From positions 186,001 to 250,000 of the forward strand of contig JAANOX010000033.1 in NCBI GenBank assembly GCA_020184695.1: DNA of 64,000 bases. The letters are read 5' to 3'. This DNA is from Histomonas meleagridis 2922-C6/04-290x. Lineage: Eukaryota > Protista > Parabasalia. Position numbers and translations under genes: made by a program. Shown one piece after another: positions 39,588 through 50,154 of this stretch; position 1 is the stretch's first letter, and every line of letters starts with the position of its first letter. The notes under the pieces were generated by a model that saw nothing but the letters and a program-made list of their open reading frames with translations, made no database searches and was not told the origin of the DNA.

Positions 39588-41573
39588 TTAATTCTCTATT
39601 AAAGGAATTTCGATCGAATTTTCCATAAAGAACTTGAGGATCAAATCAGCGAATACTTTCATCACATGAATGTCCTCTGTTTCATTTGGATGAACTTTAC
39701 ATGCAATATTAGTTTTAATATAAAATTGCCTTAACATTTGAATGTTAATCTTTGGGATAAAATTCATCCAAAACTTAGCAATCAATGCACTAACTTCGAC
39801 ATTCGACGCCGAATAATAACTCAATGAACTCTTAACCCATAAATCGCCGAAATCATTTAAAATGTTTTGATCTTTAATTGCATAATTAAATATGCATTCA
39901 AAAGCTTTTGTTATTATCATACGATTTTCTCTGTAATCAGAAGCATATTCAGTTAAAGACAACAACAATTCTTTACATTCAATTGACTCTCTTAAAAATT
40001 CTCCATATTGTTTAAATATTGATGAACATAAACATAAGCAACTATAAAAAGTATTATCATCTATGAAATCTTCAGTAATTCTTTGTATATGTTTTAATAT
40101 GTGCAGAACAAAGTCACCAAATGGAGGAATAATTATTAATAAAATGTTGGAAATTATTTCCGTAAAAATACTAAATAAGAGATGTGATGAATCATTAGTT
40201 AGAAAGCATTGAAGAATTTCATTGAAAAAATTGATTAAAATGGGATTCTCTGGTTGTAATGGAAAATGTAAGATATATTGATTTAATAAGTCGGCATATT
40301 TTATAACTTCATCCGTTTGTGTTTCTTTAACTTTCTTATAAAGCATTAGAAAATGTTCATTTGTAGCTTCAAACTCAAATTGAAATAATTCTTCTAATGC
40401 ATACGTAATATATTCATTACTATTGTCAATCATTGATATGATAATTGAAAGGACATTAGTTATACTTGATGGAACAGAGAAACAATAACTTACAAGACAA
40501 ACAGCTGCGTCATTCCGGAATGGGCCTGAAATGTTATCTAAAATAAACTGCAAAAACCGTTCGGAATCATTCGCAATGCTCAAAAATGTGTACAAACAAC
40601 GTAATGTATGGCCTGGATTTACACAATGAGGTAAAAACTCTCTGACAATAGACTCAGCCTTTTCACCATAGATGTCACACATGTTTTGAAGAATTAATTG
40701 AGATAGAAAACATATGTTATACTGAGCAGGTTCATTCTCATTTTTGACAGATAACCTTTGCAAAAGTGAAAGGATAATTGGTTGGGAAAAAGGAATTGAG
40801 ACGCAATCAAACATTTCAAGAACAATATAATCAGAAACACTTGGATATTGACAAACAATACAAGAAGATAGAAAACTTCCAATTACATCTTCGTTGTGTT
40901 TTTGGAATACTTTTAGCGAAATAATAGCAACTTGGGAAAGAGATGGCGGAGCCATTTGATTTGATAATGAGTAAATAAAAGGAAGTAACCGAAGTCCGTA
41001 ATCTGTATTAGTGTTTATGATTTTGTTGATGATAGTAAGAACGTGGTATTGATGAGGTGTTGTTAAATAATTTGGAAGAAATTCAAGAAATTGATCAGGA
41101 ACTTTAAAACCAGAATAACACATTTCGTCAATCATTTCTAAAGCTGGGATTATGGTTTCCATTTGTGTTAGTAACATTTGTATTATTTGAATAATTACAT
41201 TTAAAAATTTTTTATTTTTAACTAATTTCATTTGAGTGCAAATTATAGAAACAGCAAATTTAGTAAAGGGAGAATTTTGTTGAAAAAGAATTTGCTTGAG
41301 GATTGGAATTGAAACTTCGATAAATTTTGGTAAAAGCTCAATGGATATGGTTTGTTGGCATCTGTATAAAATAGTAATAGAATAGAAGCGAATATTAATA
41401 TCAAATTGATTAGATGATAAGATAAAAAGAAGATAAAAACAAAGATCAGGAACTTGTTGTTGGATTTGTATGAACTGATTGTATATCATTTCTTGTACAT
41501 TTGGGTCTGGATTGGTTAGCTGTTGGAGAACACATAAAATTTTGGAAAGGTTTTCTTCTCCAATTTCTTGCAC
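39588..41573 (-). CDS. Transportin/importin-beta-like HEAT protein (start codon uncertain)
   Basis: N-terminus LQQLTNPDPNVQ...PDLCFYLLFIL resembles the transportin IBN_N domain. The nearest upstream ATG (41587) is out of frame. Confidence 0.6.
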   Translation of the reverse strand: MQEIGEENLSKILCVLQQLTNPDPNVQEMIYNQFIQIQQQVPDLCFYLLFILSSNQFDINIRFYSITILYRCQQTISIELLPKFIEVSIPILKQILFQQNSPFTKFAVSIICTQMKLVKNKKFLNVIIQIIQMLLTQMETIIPALEMIDEMCYSGFKVPDQFLEFLPNYLTTPHQYHVLTIINKIINTNTDYGLRLLPFIYSLSNQMAPPSLSQVAIISLKVFQKHNEDVIGSFLSSCIVCQYPSVSDYIVLEMFDCVSIPFSQPIILSLLQRLSVKNENEPAQYNICFLSQLILQNMCDIYGEKAESIVREFLPHCVNPGHTLRCLYTFLSIANDSERFLQFILDNISGPFRNDAAVCLVSYCFSVPSSITNVLSIIISMIDNSNEYITYALEELFQFEFEATNEHFLMLYKKVKETQTDEVIKYADLLNQYILHFPLQPENPILINFFNEILQCFLTNDSSHLLFSIFTEIISNILLIIIPPFGDFVLHILKHIQRITEDFIDDNTFYSCLCLCSSIFKQYGEFLRESIECKELLLSLTEYASDYRENRMIITKAFECIFNYAIKDQNILNDFGDLWVKSSLSYYSASNVEVSALIAKFWMNFIPKINIQMLRQFYIKTNIACKVHPNETEDIHVMKVFADLILKFFMENSIEIPLIEN

Positions 41574-41886
41574 AATAAAAGTGGCATTCCATAATTCCGA
41601 ATCTCAAGCAATTACACAAAAAACATAATCAATACATATGTCTCACAACAAAAGCTCACTTTGTGCCAAGGAAAAGTATTTGTTCATTAATGATTAAAAT
41701 GATAAAATCAAAGATATTTTTTTTATTAAAATCAAACATACATTTGGATTTTAGTTCGATGTGTGGTTTGTTTATTAGTACTAGGAAAGGTTACAAAACA
41801 TCTGTTATCCTATTAGTATAATGAAAAAATTTGGAAAAACGGGGTGCTCCAATGAGGGGATAACGGTTTTGACGGCCTTATCCAAC

Positions 41887-42201
41887 ATGGCCTCCCCAGA
41901 ATTAGCTGTTGTATATGCAGCCCTTATCCTCAATGATGACGGAATAGAAATTACTGCAGATAAGATCAATAAGCTCATCAGTGCTGCTGGAGTCAAACTT
42001 GAATCATATTGGGTTGATCTCTTTGCTGAATATTTCAAAAATCATGATATTACCGAGTTAGTTAAGGGAACTGCGCTTGGTGGTGCTGCACCTGCAGCTG
42101 GCGGTGCTTCAACTGCTACCGAAGAAAAGAAGGAAGAAGAAAAGAAAGAAGAAGAAGAAGTTGTTGAAATGATGGGCGGCTTTGATGATCTCTTTGACTG
42201 A
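41887..42201 (+). CDS. RPLP1: 60S acidic ribosomal protein P1
   Basis: MASPELAVVYAALILNDDGIEITADKI...YWVDLFA, Ala/Gly hinge and EEE...GFDDLFD tail. Confidence 0.9.
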   Translation: MASPELAVVYAALILNDDGIEITADKINKLISAAGVKLESYWVDLFAEYFKNHDITELVKGTALGGAAPAAGGASTATEEKKEEEKKEEEEVVEMMGGFDDLFD

Positions 42202-42529
42202 ATTGATAAATAAATCTTCTCCCGTATTTCAAAATTAACTTTTACATTTCATTTCAAAAATAATTAATTATTTTATAACTTCGAAGGATTTTATCAATAA
42301 ATTTTTTCCTTGTTAATTAACAATGCTTTTTTTGCGATTGATTATTTTTGTTGGTAAAATACAATTATTATGTTAAAAAACACAATTTTTGTGATATTAG
42401 ATCTTAGAAATACATGCAGTTCCTACTACCTAAAAAATCTAATTATCGATTTTTGGTAAAATCATAATTATTTCAGAAGAATTTAGAAGTGTGCAAATCT
42501 TTGTTAGTTTTTTCTAAAAAAGAAAAAAG

Positions 42530-42601
42530 AGGGGCAAGCCGGAATCGAACCGACTACCAGAGGATCTGCAATCCTATGCTCTACCGGTGAGCTATTGCCC
42601 C
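42530..42601 (-). tRNA. tRNA-Cys (GCA)
   Basis: GGGGCAA/TTGCCCC acceptor stem, D arm TAGCTCACCGGTAGAGC, anticodon loop TTGCAGA, T-loop GGTTCGATTCC, U73 discriminator and a downstream T-run terminator. Confidence 0.95.
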
Positions 42602-42954
42602 TTCGAATATGAACATCGAATTTAATTATTAATTTATAAATCAAAAACAAATAAATTTTTTTCAATGTTGCTAATAAGAAAAACATTGAATAAATTTTCA
42701 AATTAAAATATGTGTAAGCATTACAAAGTTGCTTTAAAGTTAAAATTAATTATGTTTAAGTTTCACGTCCTTTATTATTACATTCGAATACTTATTCAAA
42801 AATTGTATAACTTTTGCTATATATTCTTATTAACTTGTCTTATTTTCAAATTCTTTTAAATGAGTAATGTTTCTTAAAATGATAAATTAATCACATTTCA
42901 TTAAAATCTGTTAACATTTAAAAAAGAATCAAATTTATTTTAATATTTATCATT

Positions 42955-43479
42955 TCAATTGTTTTCGTGAATCAAAACTTGTTCTAATCTGAAATTTGGA
43001 AGTAATGATCTGAAAAATAAAATAGGGATTTCGAGTAATGGATTCATTTTCTGATGGTTTTCAAAATTAAAAAGTTGCCCATTTGGTTTGAACAAGATAC
43101 ATAGTATGCTGAGAAGATAAAGTTCCAGAACATATATTAGCAAAATCATCCAAAGCCTTTGATGTGTTTTGTATAAAATAAATGGGATTGCATGTATTAT
43201 GATGAAGAAAAAAGAAAAGAATGTGTTTGAGATTATATTTGATTTTTTTTCAACAAAAAAAATATCAATTTCATCTTGATCAACTGATTCTATTCTGCTC
43301 AGCTTTTTGCCGTTAATCGAAATTCCAAGAGGTTTGTTTGTTTCTGCTAAAATTGGAATAGCTGCAATCCTTGATAGAAGTGCGCAACATAAAATATCAT
43401 CTGGAACATTATCCATGATGACTGTGCCTTTGTTTTCAGGTAAGTTAACTCTTATTGTACGTCCTGATTCATTTAACAT
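42955..43479 (-). CDS. Hypothetical membrane protein (possible N-terminal ubiquitin-like fold + TMs)
   Basis: 174 aa with two hydrophobic segments and C-terminal LFFRSLLP. Confidence 0.6.
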   Translation of the reverse strand: MLNESGRTIRVNLPENKGTVIMDNVPDDILCCALLSRIAAIPILAETNKPLGISINGKKLSRIESVDQDEIDIFFVEKKSNIISNTFFSFFFIIIHAIPFILYKTHQRLWMILLIYVLELYLLSILCILFKPNGQLFNFENHQKMNPLLEIPILFFRSLLPNFRLEQVLIHENN

Positions 43480-45021
43480 AAAAATTATATTTGGTCTGTG
43501 ACATGTGATGTGATAATTATTTGCAGGAAAGAAAAAAGTAATTTACTGAATTCATCCCACCCAAAATTTTCGAATCTTTTTAATAGGAGTTTGACATTAT
43601 CTCATAGTTTAAAAAGTATAAATTAATTTATGCAAAAAGTTAAATAAAAAACGTAAATGATTTTTTAACATGATTTTTTTATATAATAAAATATTATGAT
43701 TTATGTACATGCAAATGCAAGGAATATTAACGTTTATGATTGAAATAAATATATGAATAATTATATATAAAAATTGATAAGTATACATTCATATCAAATG
43801 TTCAATTTTTTCGTTTATGAACGTTGTAATAGAAAGTGACATAGATTTCACAAACTCAATATTCTGTTATATTAGTTCAATGTTAAAAATATATTTGAAG
43901 AATAATGAACACATTTTTTCTTAATGAAACTTTAACTCATTGAAAAAATTGTCATATTTAATTAAATCAAAAGCTTAATATTTTCAGGTTTTTAGTCATT
44001 TATCTTACTTATTTATATGTATATATTTATTCTTAAATAATATTTCAAAATATTTGAAAAAAATTTGATAAATTATATATGATAGAAACAGAGTAACACA
44101 ATATGTTCAATAAAAAAATTTTATACTTTTTTTATCGAATCTAATTTGGTCATATTAAAAAAAATAATATTTAATTTAAAAAAAAAAGGATGCTCCAAAT
44201 TATTATCATGTTATGTAAATTTTTAGTTCAAAATCGAAAACTATTTTTATGTGTCGGAACTTTGATCTTCATAACACACTGTTATGTAGGGTATCAATTT
44301 TACAAATAAGGGGTATTGTTCATTAAAAAACATATACATAAGATTTTTGAGTCTTTTACAATCGCGTGGAATAGGCACTTCGAAAATCACAGAGAAGATT
44401 TATGCTAGAGCTAAAATTTGATTATTGGTTATTTTGTTTTCCTTATTATTATTTAAGATGCTATCAATAATTTTTTCCCCATTGCTCCCTTCTACAGCGA
44501 AATCACCCAAAAGGTCTCTTGCATGTAACTTCTCTGATTTCCTTCTTGGAGTTATGTCCTTAGTGCCTTTCATCATGAAATGATATGAAAAATTGAATTA
44601 ACACATTTGAATGTAGATTTTGGCTCTATTTGAATTTAAATCCACATTTGTGAATACATCGTTCCGAACTTTTTGCCCACCACTAACCCATCCTTGTTAT
44701 TTATTTTTATGTTTTTAAATATATTTCTGATTAGAATTGATGTATTTTAACTCATTGTTTGAAAAATAGATTCGGAATATTTTGTTAATTAAGTATATTT
44801 GTATTTTAAAAAAGTAGCTATCTTTACAATAAAATTTTAATAGCTTACTCAATTTTCTATGGTTTGTTAGGTTCTTAGTTCAATTCGCCAACCTATATTA
44901 ATTGAAAATTCAGATAATGTAAAGTATATAATATTTTACAAAACCGTCAATACGATTGAAAGGCAATGCATGTAAATTTTTGAAATATTTCAATAGTTTA
45001 CCCAATGAAGGAAAAACCGAC

Positions 45022-47334
45022 ATGTCGGCAATTGATCTGATAATAAATGCTTCAGATCCTACAAATCCTAAATATGATGAAGCAACAAAAATAGTAAATG
45101 AGCTTATAAGCCATTGTGACCAGTCTTTTTTCGAAGCAAATATATTAATTTTGGAATCTACTGATAATATCCCAATAAACATTATATTTATTTCGTTCAC
45201 AATAATTAGGAAATATTTAGAATCCTCCATTCAAGTAAAATCAGGTTTTCATTACAGCAGTTATCCTGAAACCATAATTTTAAAAATTATACAAATTTCA
45301 ATGAAATACTTTGAATGCCAGCACGAAGCTACGAGAAAACAAGCAGTTGATATTTTTTCAACTGCAGCTTCAACTATGTTTATTTTCCTATTAACAGAAT
45401 ATGACATATTGTCAAAATTAACCACTAGCTTCAGTGGAGATTGCTCCGTTCAGCTTTCTCTATCAATTCTAGATAGTTTGACGTACATTATTAGAAAATT
45501 TGATATTGATATTGGTTTACAAAAATCTTTATTCCAACTCTCTTTCCAAAAATGGCAAGCTTATAACAATGAAATTTCCATAATTAACTCTTCTTTACTT
45601 CTTTTTGCCGAATTTGATCTTTTTCAAATCACAAATATCGTTGAGTTTTTCAAACAAATATTACCACTTTATCAAATAGAAGGACTCAAGCAAGCATTTT
45701 TAGATTTTATAAATTCATTATCACAAACATCTTCAACATTTTTCCCTGAGATTGGATTAATTTTTCTCGAATTAATTAAACAAGATTTACAGAATCCAAA
45801 TCTTTCAACTGATACATATAATTCGATATCTCTTTTTATAAACGAACGAATTGAATCCGAATCGGAGCAAATACAAGTCTATATATGTACAAATTTTTTA
45901 CCAATTTTTCTTTCTATTGTTGAAAACATTACAACTTCCAATGTATATTTTGTTGAAGAATGGGAACCATATCAATCATTTTTGCAATGTATTACATTAC
46001 TTTATGAAGCACAATCACAAATTACATCTAATTATATCATTCCATATATCGAACAAAACATTTTTTCCTCAAATTCTAATTGTAAAGAAGTATCATATAA
46101 ATTACTTTTAATAATATTTCATTTTACTCCCGAAAAACTCATTAATGATAATATAAAAGATTGGCTAATAAAAGGAATTGTTGATAATTCTTTACGAGTT
46201 CGATATTATGCACTTCAAAACGTCCAATTTTATCTTTATCATATAAATTATATCGGATACGAACAATTTTTAATTTATTTGTTTCAATTGTATCCGAACA
46301 TCGATCCAATTCTTGAAATTGTTTTTAAGATATTAAAAGATATTTCTTTATCGAAATGTTTTCATCATGAAAACGAATTTTTTGGACAAATCTGTAATAT
46401 AATTACGTCGGGGAATCCTTCTATGTATATATTACCTCGAATTATAAAATGTTTTCTCTTTTGTAAATTTCATTTAAATTTAATTGAACCAATTTTTGAG
46501 CTTGTAATTTCATTGTTAAAAAATTTGTTGCAAAATATCGAAAATAATATTGAAATCATTGATTCATTATGTGAATTATTATTTATTCTAATTCAAGAAT
46601 CAAATTCTTTAACAATTGGAAAATATTATCAAATTTTATATGAAATGTGTTCTTTCATATTTAGTAAATGTCCAATTGGTTCTGAGTTAAATGTTATAAT
46701 TTCGTTTTCAATTCGATTTCCTGAACTTGTTATACCGAATTTACAAAATTTAATTAATTCTTTATTATTATCTTTTGATAACTATAAATCATTAAATATA
46801 AAATATATAATAAATGCATCGAATATAATTATAATGAAAAATGAATTCCAAATTGATATTAAGTTGATTATAATACAAAAAATAATTTCTTTGTTGAATG
46901 TCGATGATTTTCAACCTGATGTTTATCAGGAAATATTTACTGTGTTGCAAAATTCAATCGAAGTTATTAATTTCGAACAATTTTTGCGAAATTTAATTGT
47001 TTTAATGTATAATATGTTACAAAACATTTTTTCGTATTTCCAAATTTTCGATATTGATATTTTAGCAATGTTAACTAAAATGGCGTCTTTTATTGGATGT
47101 TTATTAAAGAAATTTCCAAGTAATTCAACAATTGCTTTGGCTGACGCATATTTGAGAAATGTGATGGAAATCGATAAAATTTATCCAAAAATTTTGGGAT
47201 CAATTTTTGGGTTGTTTAATACAATTCAAAGTATAGCGCCGGAATATATCAAAAATATGTTGTTGAAAAATGGTCAAAGTGCTCAACATTTTAGAATGTT
47301 GATCGAAATTGCAAATAATTATACAAAAAAATAA
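45022..47334 (+). CDS. Importin-beta-like HEAT/ARM repeat protein
   Basis: Long helical ORF with first ATG at 45022. An SLRVRYYAL HEAT-like segment is present. Confidence 0.65.
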   Translation: MSAIDLIINASDPTNPKYDEATKIVNELISHCDQSFFEANILILESTDNIPINIIFISFTIIRKYLESSIQVKSGFHYSSYPETIILKIIQISMKYFECQHEATRKQAVDIFSTAASTMFIFLLTEYDILSKLTTSFSGDCSVQLSLSILDSLTYIIRKFDIDIGLQKSLFQLSFQKWQAYNNEISIINSSLLLFAEFDLFQITNIVEFFKQILPLYQIEGLKQAFLDFINSLSQTSSTFFPEIGLIFLELIKQDLQNPNLSTDTYNSISLFINERIESESEQIQVYICTNFLPIFLSIVENITTSNVYFVEEWEPYQSFLQCITLLYEAQSQITSNYIIPYIEQNIFSSNSNCKEVSYKLLLIIFHFTPEKLINDNIKDWLIKGIVDNSLRVRYYALQNVQFYLYHINYIGYEQFLIYLFQLYPNIDPILEIVFKILKDISLSKCFHHENEFFGQICNIITSGNPSMYILPRIIKCFLFCKFHLNLIEPIFELVISLLKNLLQNIENNIEIIDSLCELLFILIQESNSLTIGKYYQILYEMCSFIFSKCPIGSELNVIISFSIRFPELVIPNLQNLINSLLLSFDNYKSLNIKYIINASNIIIMKNEFQIDIKLIIIQKIISLLNVDDFQPDVYQEIFTVLQNSIEVINFEQFLRNLIVLMYNMLQNIFSYFQIFDIDILAMLTKMASFIGCLLKKFPSNSTIALADAYLRNVMEIDKIYPKILGSIFGLFNTIQSIAPEYIKNMLLKNGQSAQHFRMLIEIANNYTKK

Positions 47335-47367
47335 TTAATAAAAATGTATGTTCTATGATAATTTTAT

Positions 47368-47667
47368 TTATTCTGGGAAAAGAATGGTCGAACGCTCTGA
47401 AAAAACAACTTTTTGTCGAATGACTGCAATAATTGGAATACCTTCAGTGGAACCTCTTTCTACTACAGCAAGAGGAGCCTTTAGTCGATGGATTTTACCA
47501 TGAAGTAGATGGTTACCAATTGTTAAAGTTGCATGATCTCCATCAAAAATTAATGGTCCGATTTTTTGATTAACAAAAGTTTCTTCCAATGATATAAGTT
47601 GTCCTTGTAATTCAATGATTGCAAGCTCATTGAGCTGATTACTTACTGGAATCAAAGGAATTCTCAT
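47368..47667 (-). CDS. CTF8: Ctf8 (Ctf18-RFC complex subunit)
   Basis: ELAIIELQG...LTIGNHLLHGK...L..PLAVV...AVIRQKVVFSER. Confidence 0.82.
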   Translation of the reverse strand: MRIPLIPVSNQLNELAIIELQGQLISLEETFVNQKIGPLIFDGDHATLTIGNHLLHGKIHRLKAPLAVVERGSTEGIPIIAVIRQKVVFSERSTILFPE

Positions 47668-47724
47668 TTGAAATGAAATAACGGCAAAAAGGTGAATTGT
47701 TTTAAACGGTCGAAAAAATTTAAA

Positions 47725-48495
47725 ATGAAAAAAACTACAACTAACATCGAAATTAATACAGAAACAGAGGATAAAGCAACAACCTACTTATATGCTTCAC
47801 AGTTTATATCGAATTACTTTATTCTTGTTTTTTCTATTCCTGGATTATTTAAAAATTGGTTCAGAAAAACTTTCATCCCTACAGATCATCTGGCTTTCTT
47901 GTTTATTTTTTCAAATGAAATGTTCTCTTTCTTTACTGGATATATAAAGATAAGAGCTGGAATAAATTCAAAGATTGATTTTCTTCTTTCTAGTTTATCA
48001 ATTCGTTCAGCAATCTTCACATCAATTTTGTATTCATGTGAATTTTCGCCTGTTATTTTTTACATGATCAAAATCATGATAACATTTCGTGATTTTATTT
48101 GTACGTTACCAGACAGTTTTGACGAAAAGATGAAAGATCTAAATGTTCCACTTGACGAGCTTGCACGAAAAATCCTCCAATCATCACTTTATCATGAAAT
48201 TATATCAGTGATGGATTTGATCCATTTATCAATTCTTTTCATTAGTTCAATAATTAAATTTAACCTCAGGTTGTTACTTGCATCATTGTATTATGGATTC
48301 GTTTTCATACCCCTTTTGTACTACAAAAATATCGGACACAGAAAAGTTTGGAAGAAGTTAAACGCAAAATTAACAGAATTCGGATTCAACAACAGAACTA
48401 TTGGGAAATATGTAATGAAGGCTGTAGAAAGCTTTGATCATGTAACTGATGTTGCAGAGTTATTTGTTCCACAATCGATTTTGAATAAAAATTGA
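47725..48495 (+). CDS. Hypothetical multi-TM protein (weakly TMEM33/Pom33-like)
   Basis: Several hydrophobic segments. ATG at 47725, preceded by AACGGTC. Confidence 0.55.
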   Translation: MKKTTTNIEINTETEDKATTYLYASQFISNYFILVFSIPGLFKNWFRKTFIPTDHLAFLFIFSNEMFSFFTGYIKIRAGINSKIDFLLSSLSIRSAIFTSILYSCEFSPVIFYMIKIMITFRDFICTLPDSFDEKMKDLNVPLDELARKILQSSLYHEIISVMDLIHLSILFISSIIKFNLRLLLASLYYGFVFIPLLYYKNIGHRKVWKKLNAKLTEFGFNNRTIGKYVMKAVESFDHVTDVAELFVPQSILNKN

Positions 48496-48591
48496 CTGCT
48501 TTGTTCATATGAAATTAAAATATAGTAAAAAAATTCTTTGTGGAGTTGATTTATTAATTAATTAACTCCTTCAATGGTTGTAACCATTGCA

Positions 48592-49758
48592 TTAAAACCC
48601 ATTGCCACATTTGCATTGGCAATCTTGGCAGCGACAAGGATTGCATTGGCATTGAACGCCGCAATTGCACTTGTTGCATGTGCAATTTTGACACTTGCAT
48701 TGGCACGTAACACATGGACATTGAACACACCCACAATTGCATCCTTTGCAAATGAGCTTAGTAAATGTGCATTGGCAGCCGCAGTTGCATGGATTACAAT
48801 GGCATGGGTTGCATTTGCATATGCCGCAGCCACAATTACATTTGTTGCAAGAACAATTTTGGCATTTGCACTTGAAACATTGATTAATTTGGCATTGGCA
48901 AGCATTAGCTGGACACTTATCAAATGCGCATCGTTGACAACACATGCATGGATTGCATTTACAATCTTTACAAGGACATTGATTACTGCATTTGCATTGA
49001 TTACATTTGCAATCTTTACATGGGCATCGTTGGTAACACATGCACGGGTTGCATTTGCAATCTTTACAGGAACATTGAATACTGCATCTGCATGGATTAC
49101 ATTTACAGTCTTGACATGGATATCGTTGACAACACTTACACGGATTGCATTTGCAATCTTTACAAGGACAAGCCTTGCAAGAGCATTTTTCACATTGGCA
49201 TTCGCCATTCTGGCACTTATCATACGGACATTTATCACCACATTTACAAGGATTACATTTACAATCTTGGCATGGACACTTCTTACATGGGCATTTTTCA
49301 CATGTGCAATCACTACTTGAACATTTTCGACATGGACATTGGTCATCGTAATTGCATGGTTTGCATTTACATTTATTACAGTTACATTGAAGACAGCCAC
49401 AATTGCATTGGAAAGAACAGCAACAAACCATATCTTTCATGCAAGGGCATGAACATTTGCATTTGCATTTTTGGGAACAGCAGCATGGACACTTTTTGCA
49501 TTGACATTTTTGAGAACAGCAACATGGACATGTTTTGCATTTAGTTGGGGATTCCATTTTCTTTTGAATTAATTCTTCTATTTGATCTCTAATGCGCATA
49601 AGTGTTTCAAGGTCATCATCAAAGTTGCAACAGTTGCATGTTGTTTCTTCTTCTTTTTGATTTGTCTCAGACGCTTCTTCTTTAGGAATTTCTTCCTTTG
49701 GAGCTTGGCTTTCTTCATGTTCGCTTGTTGGTTGAGCGTATGGATTCACTTCTTCCAT
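48592..49758 (-). CDS. Giant cysteine-rich metallothionein-like protein
   Basis: 388 aa with about 120 Cys counted by hand in CxC/CxxC/CCC motifs. Contains 16-aa repeats CKCNPCxCxxxCPCKD and an acidic N-terminal leader. Confidence 0.8.
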   Translation of the reverse strand: MEEVNPYAQPTSEHEESQAPKEEIPKEEASETNQKEEETTCNCCNFDDDLETLMRIRDQIEELIQKKMESPTKCKTCPCCCSQKCQCKKCPCCCSQKCKCKCSCPCMKDMVCCCSFQCNCGCLQCNCNKCKCKPCNYDDQCPCRKCSSSDCTCEKCPCKKCPCQDCKCNPCKCGDKCPYDKCQNGECQCEKCSCKACPCKDCKCNPCKCCQRYPCQDCKCNPCRCSIQCSCKDCKCNPCMCYQRCPCKDCKCNQCKCSNQCPCKDCKCNPCMCCQRCAFDKCPANACQCQINQCFKCKCQNCSCNKCNCGCGICKCNPCHCNPCNCGCQCTFTKLICKGCNCGCVQCPCVTCQCKCQNCTCNKCNCGVQCQCNPCRCQDCQCKCGNGF

Positions 49759-50154
49759 CAAAGATAAAAATGAAGTGATTACGGTAATTTTTTGTTTTCA
49801 AAATTTCAATATTCGGATTGCAATCACTTTGCACAGAAATTTTGAAAATGACTTACACTGTCAGTTTTACTATCGCTTCAGAAAAATTCATAAAGTGTTC
49901 AATATTCTGTGGAAATATTAGATAATTTCTTGTTTCGCCATTTGTCACAAATATACTGCTTTCCGAATATCACATAATATTTTTTAAAGAAACATTTTCT
50001 TTCAATTGAAAGAATATCAAAATTTCATCTGATTTTATACAAAAATGATCACACTAAAATCAAGCTCAAAAATATTTTTATTTTAATTAAATATTTATTT
50101 GTTTTTTAATTTACACTAAAATAGACAAGAAAAAAAATCAATTATAATTCTAGT

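Noticed and set aside
48558-49544. Long antisense and alternative-frame ORFs over the Cys-rich gene
   Set aside because: Expected by-products of repetitive TGC/TGT-rich codons; low-complexity translations.
42530-49758. Functional link between tRNA-Cys and the Cys-rich gene
   Set aside because: They are 6 kb apart with unrelated genes in between; proximity alone is not evidence.
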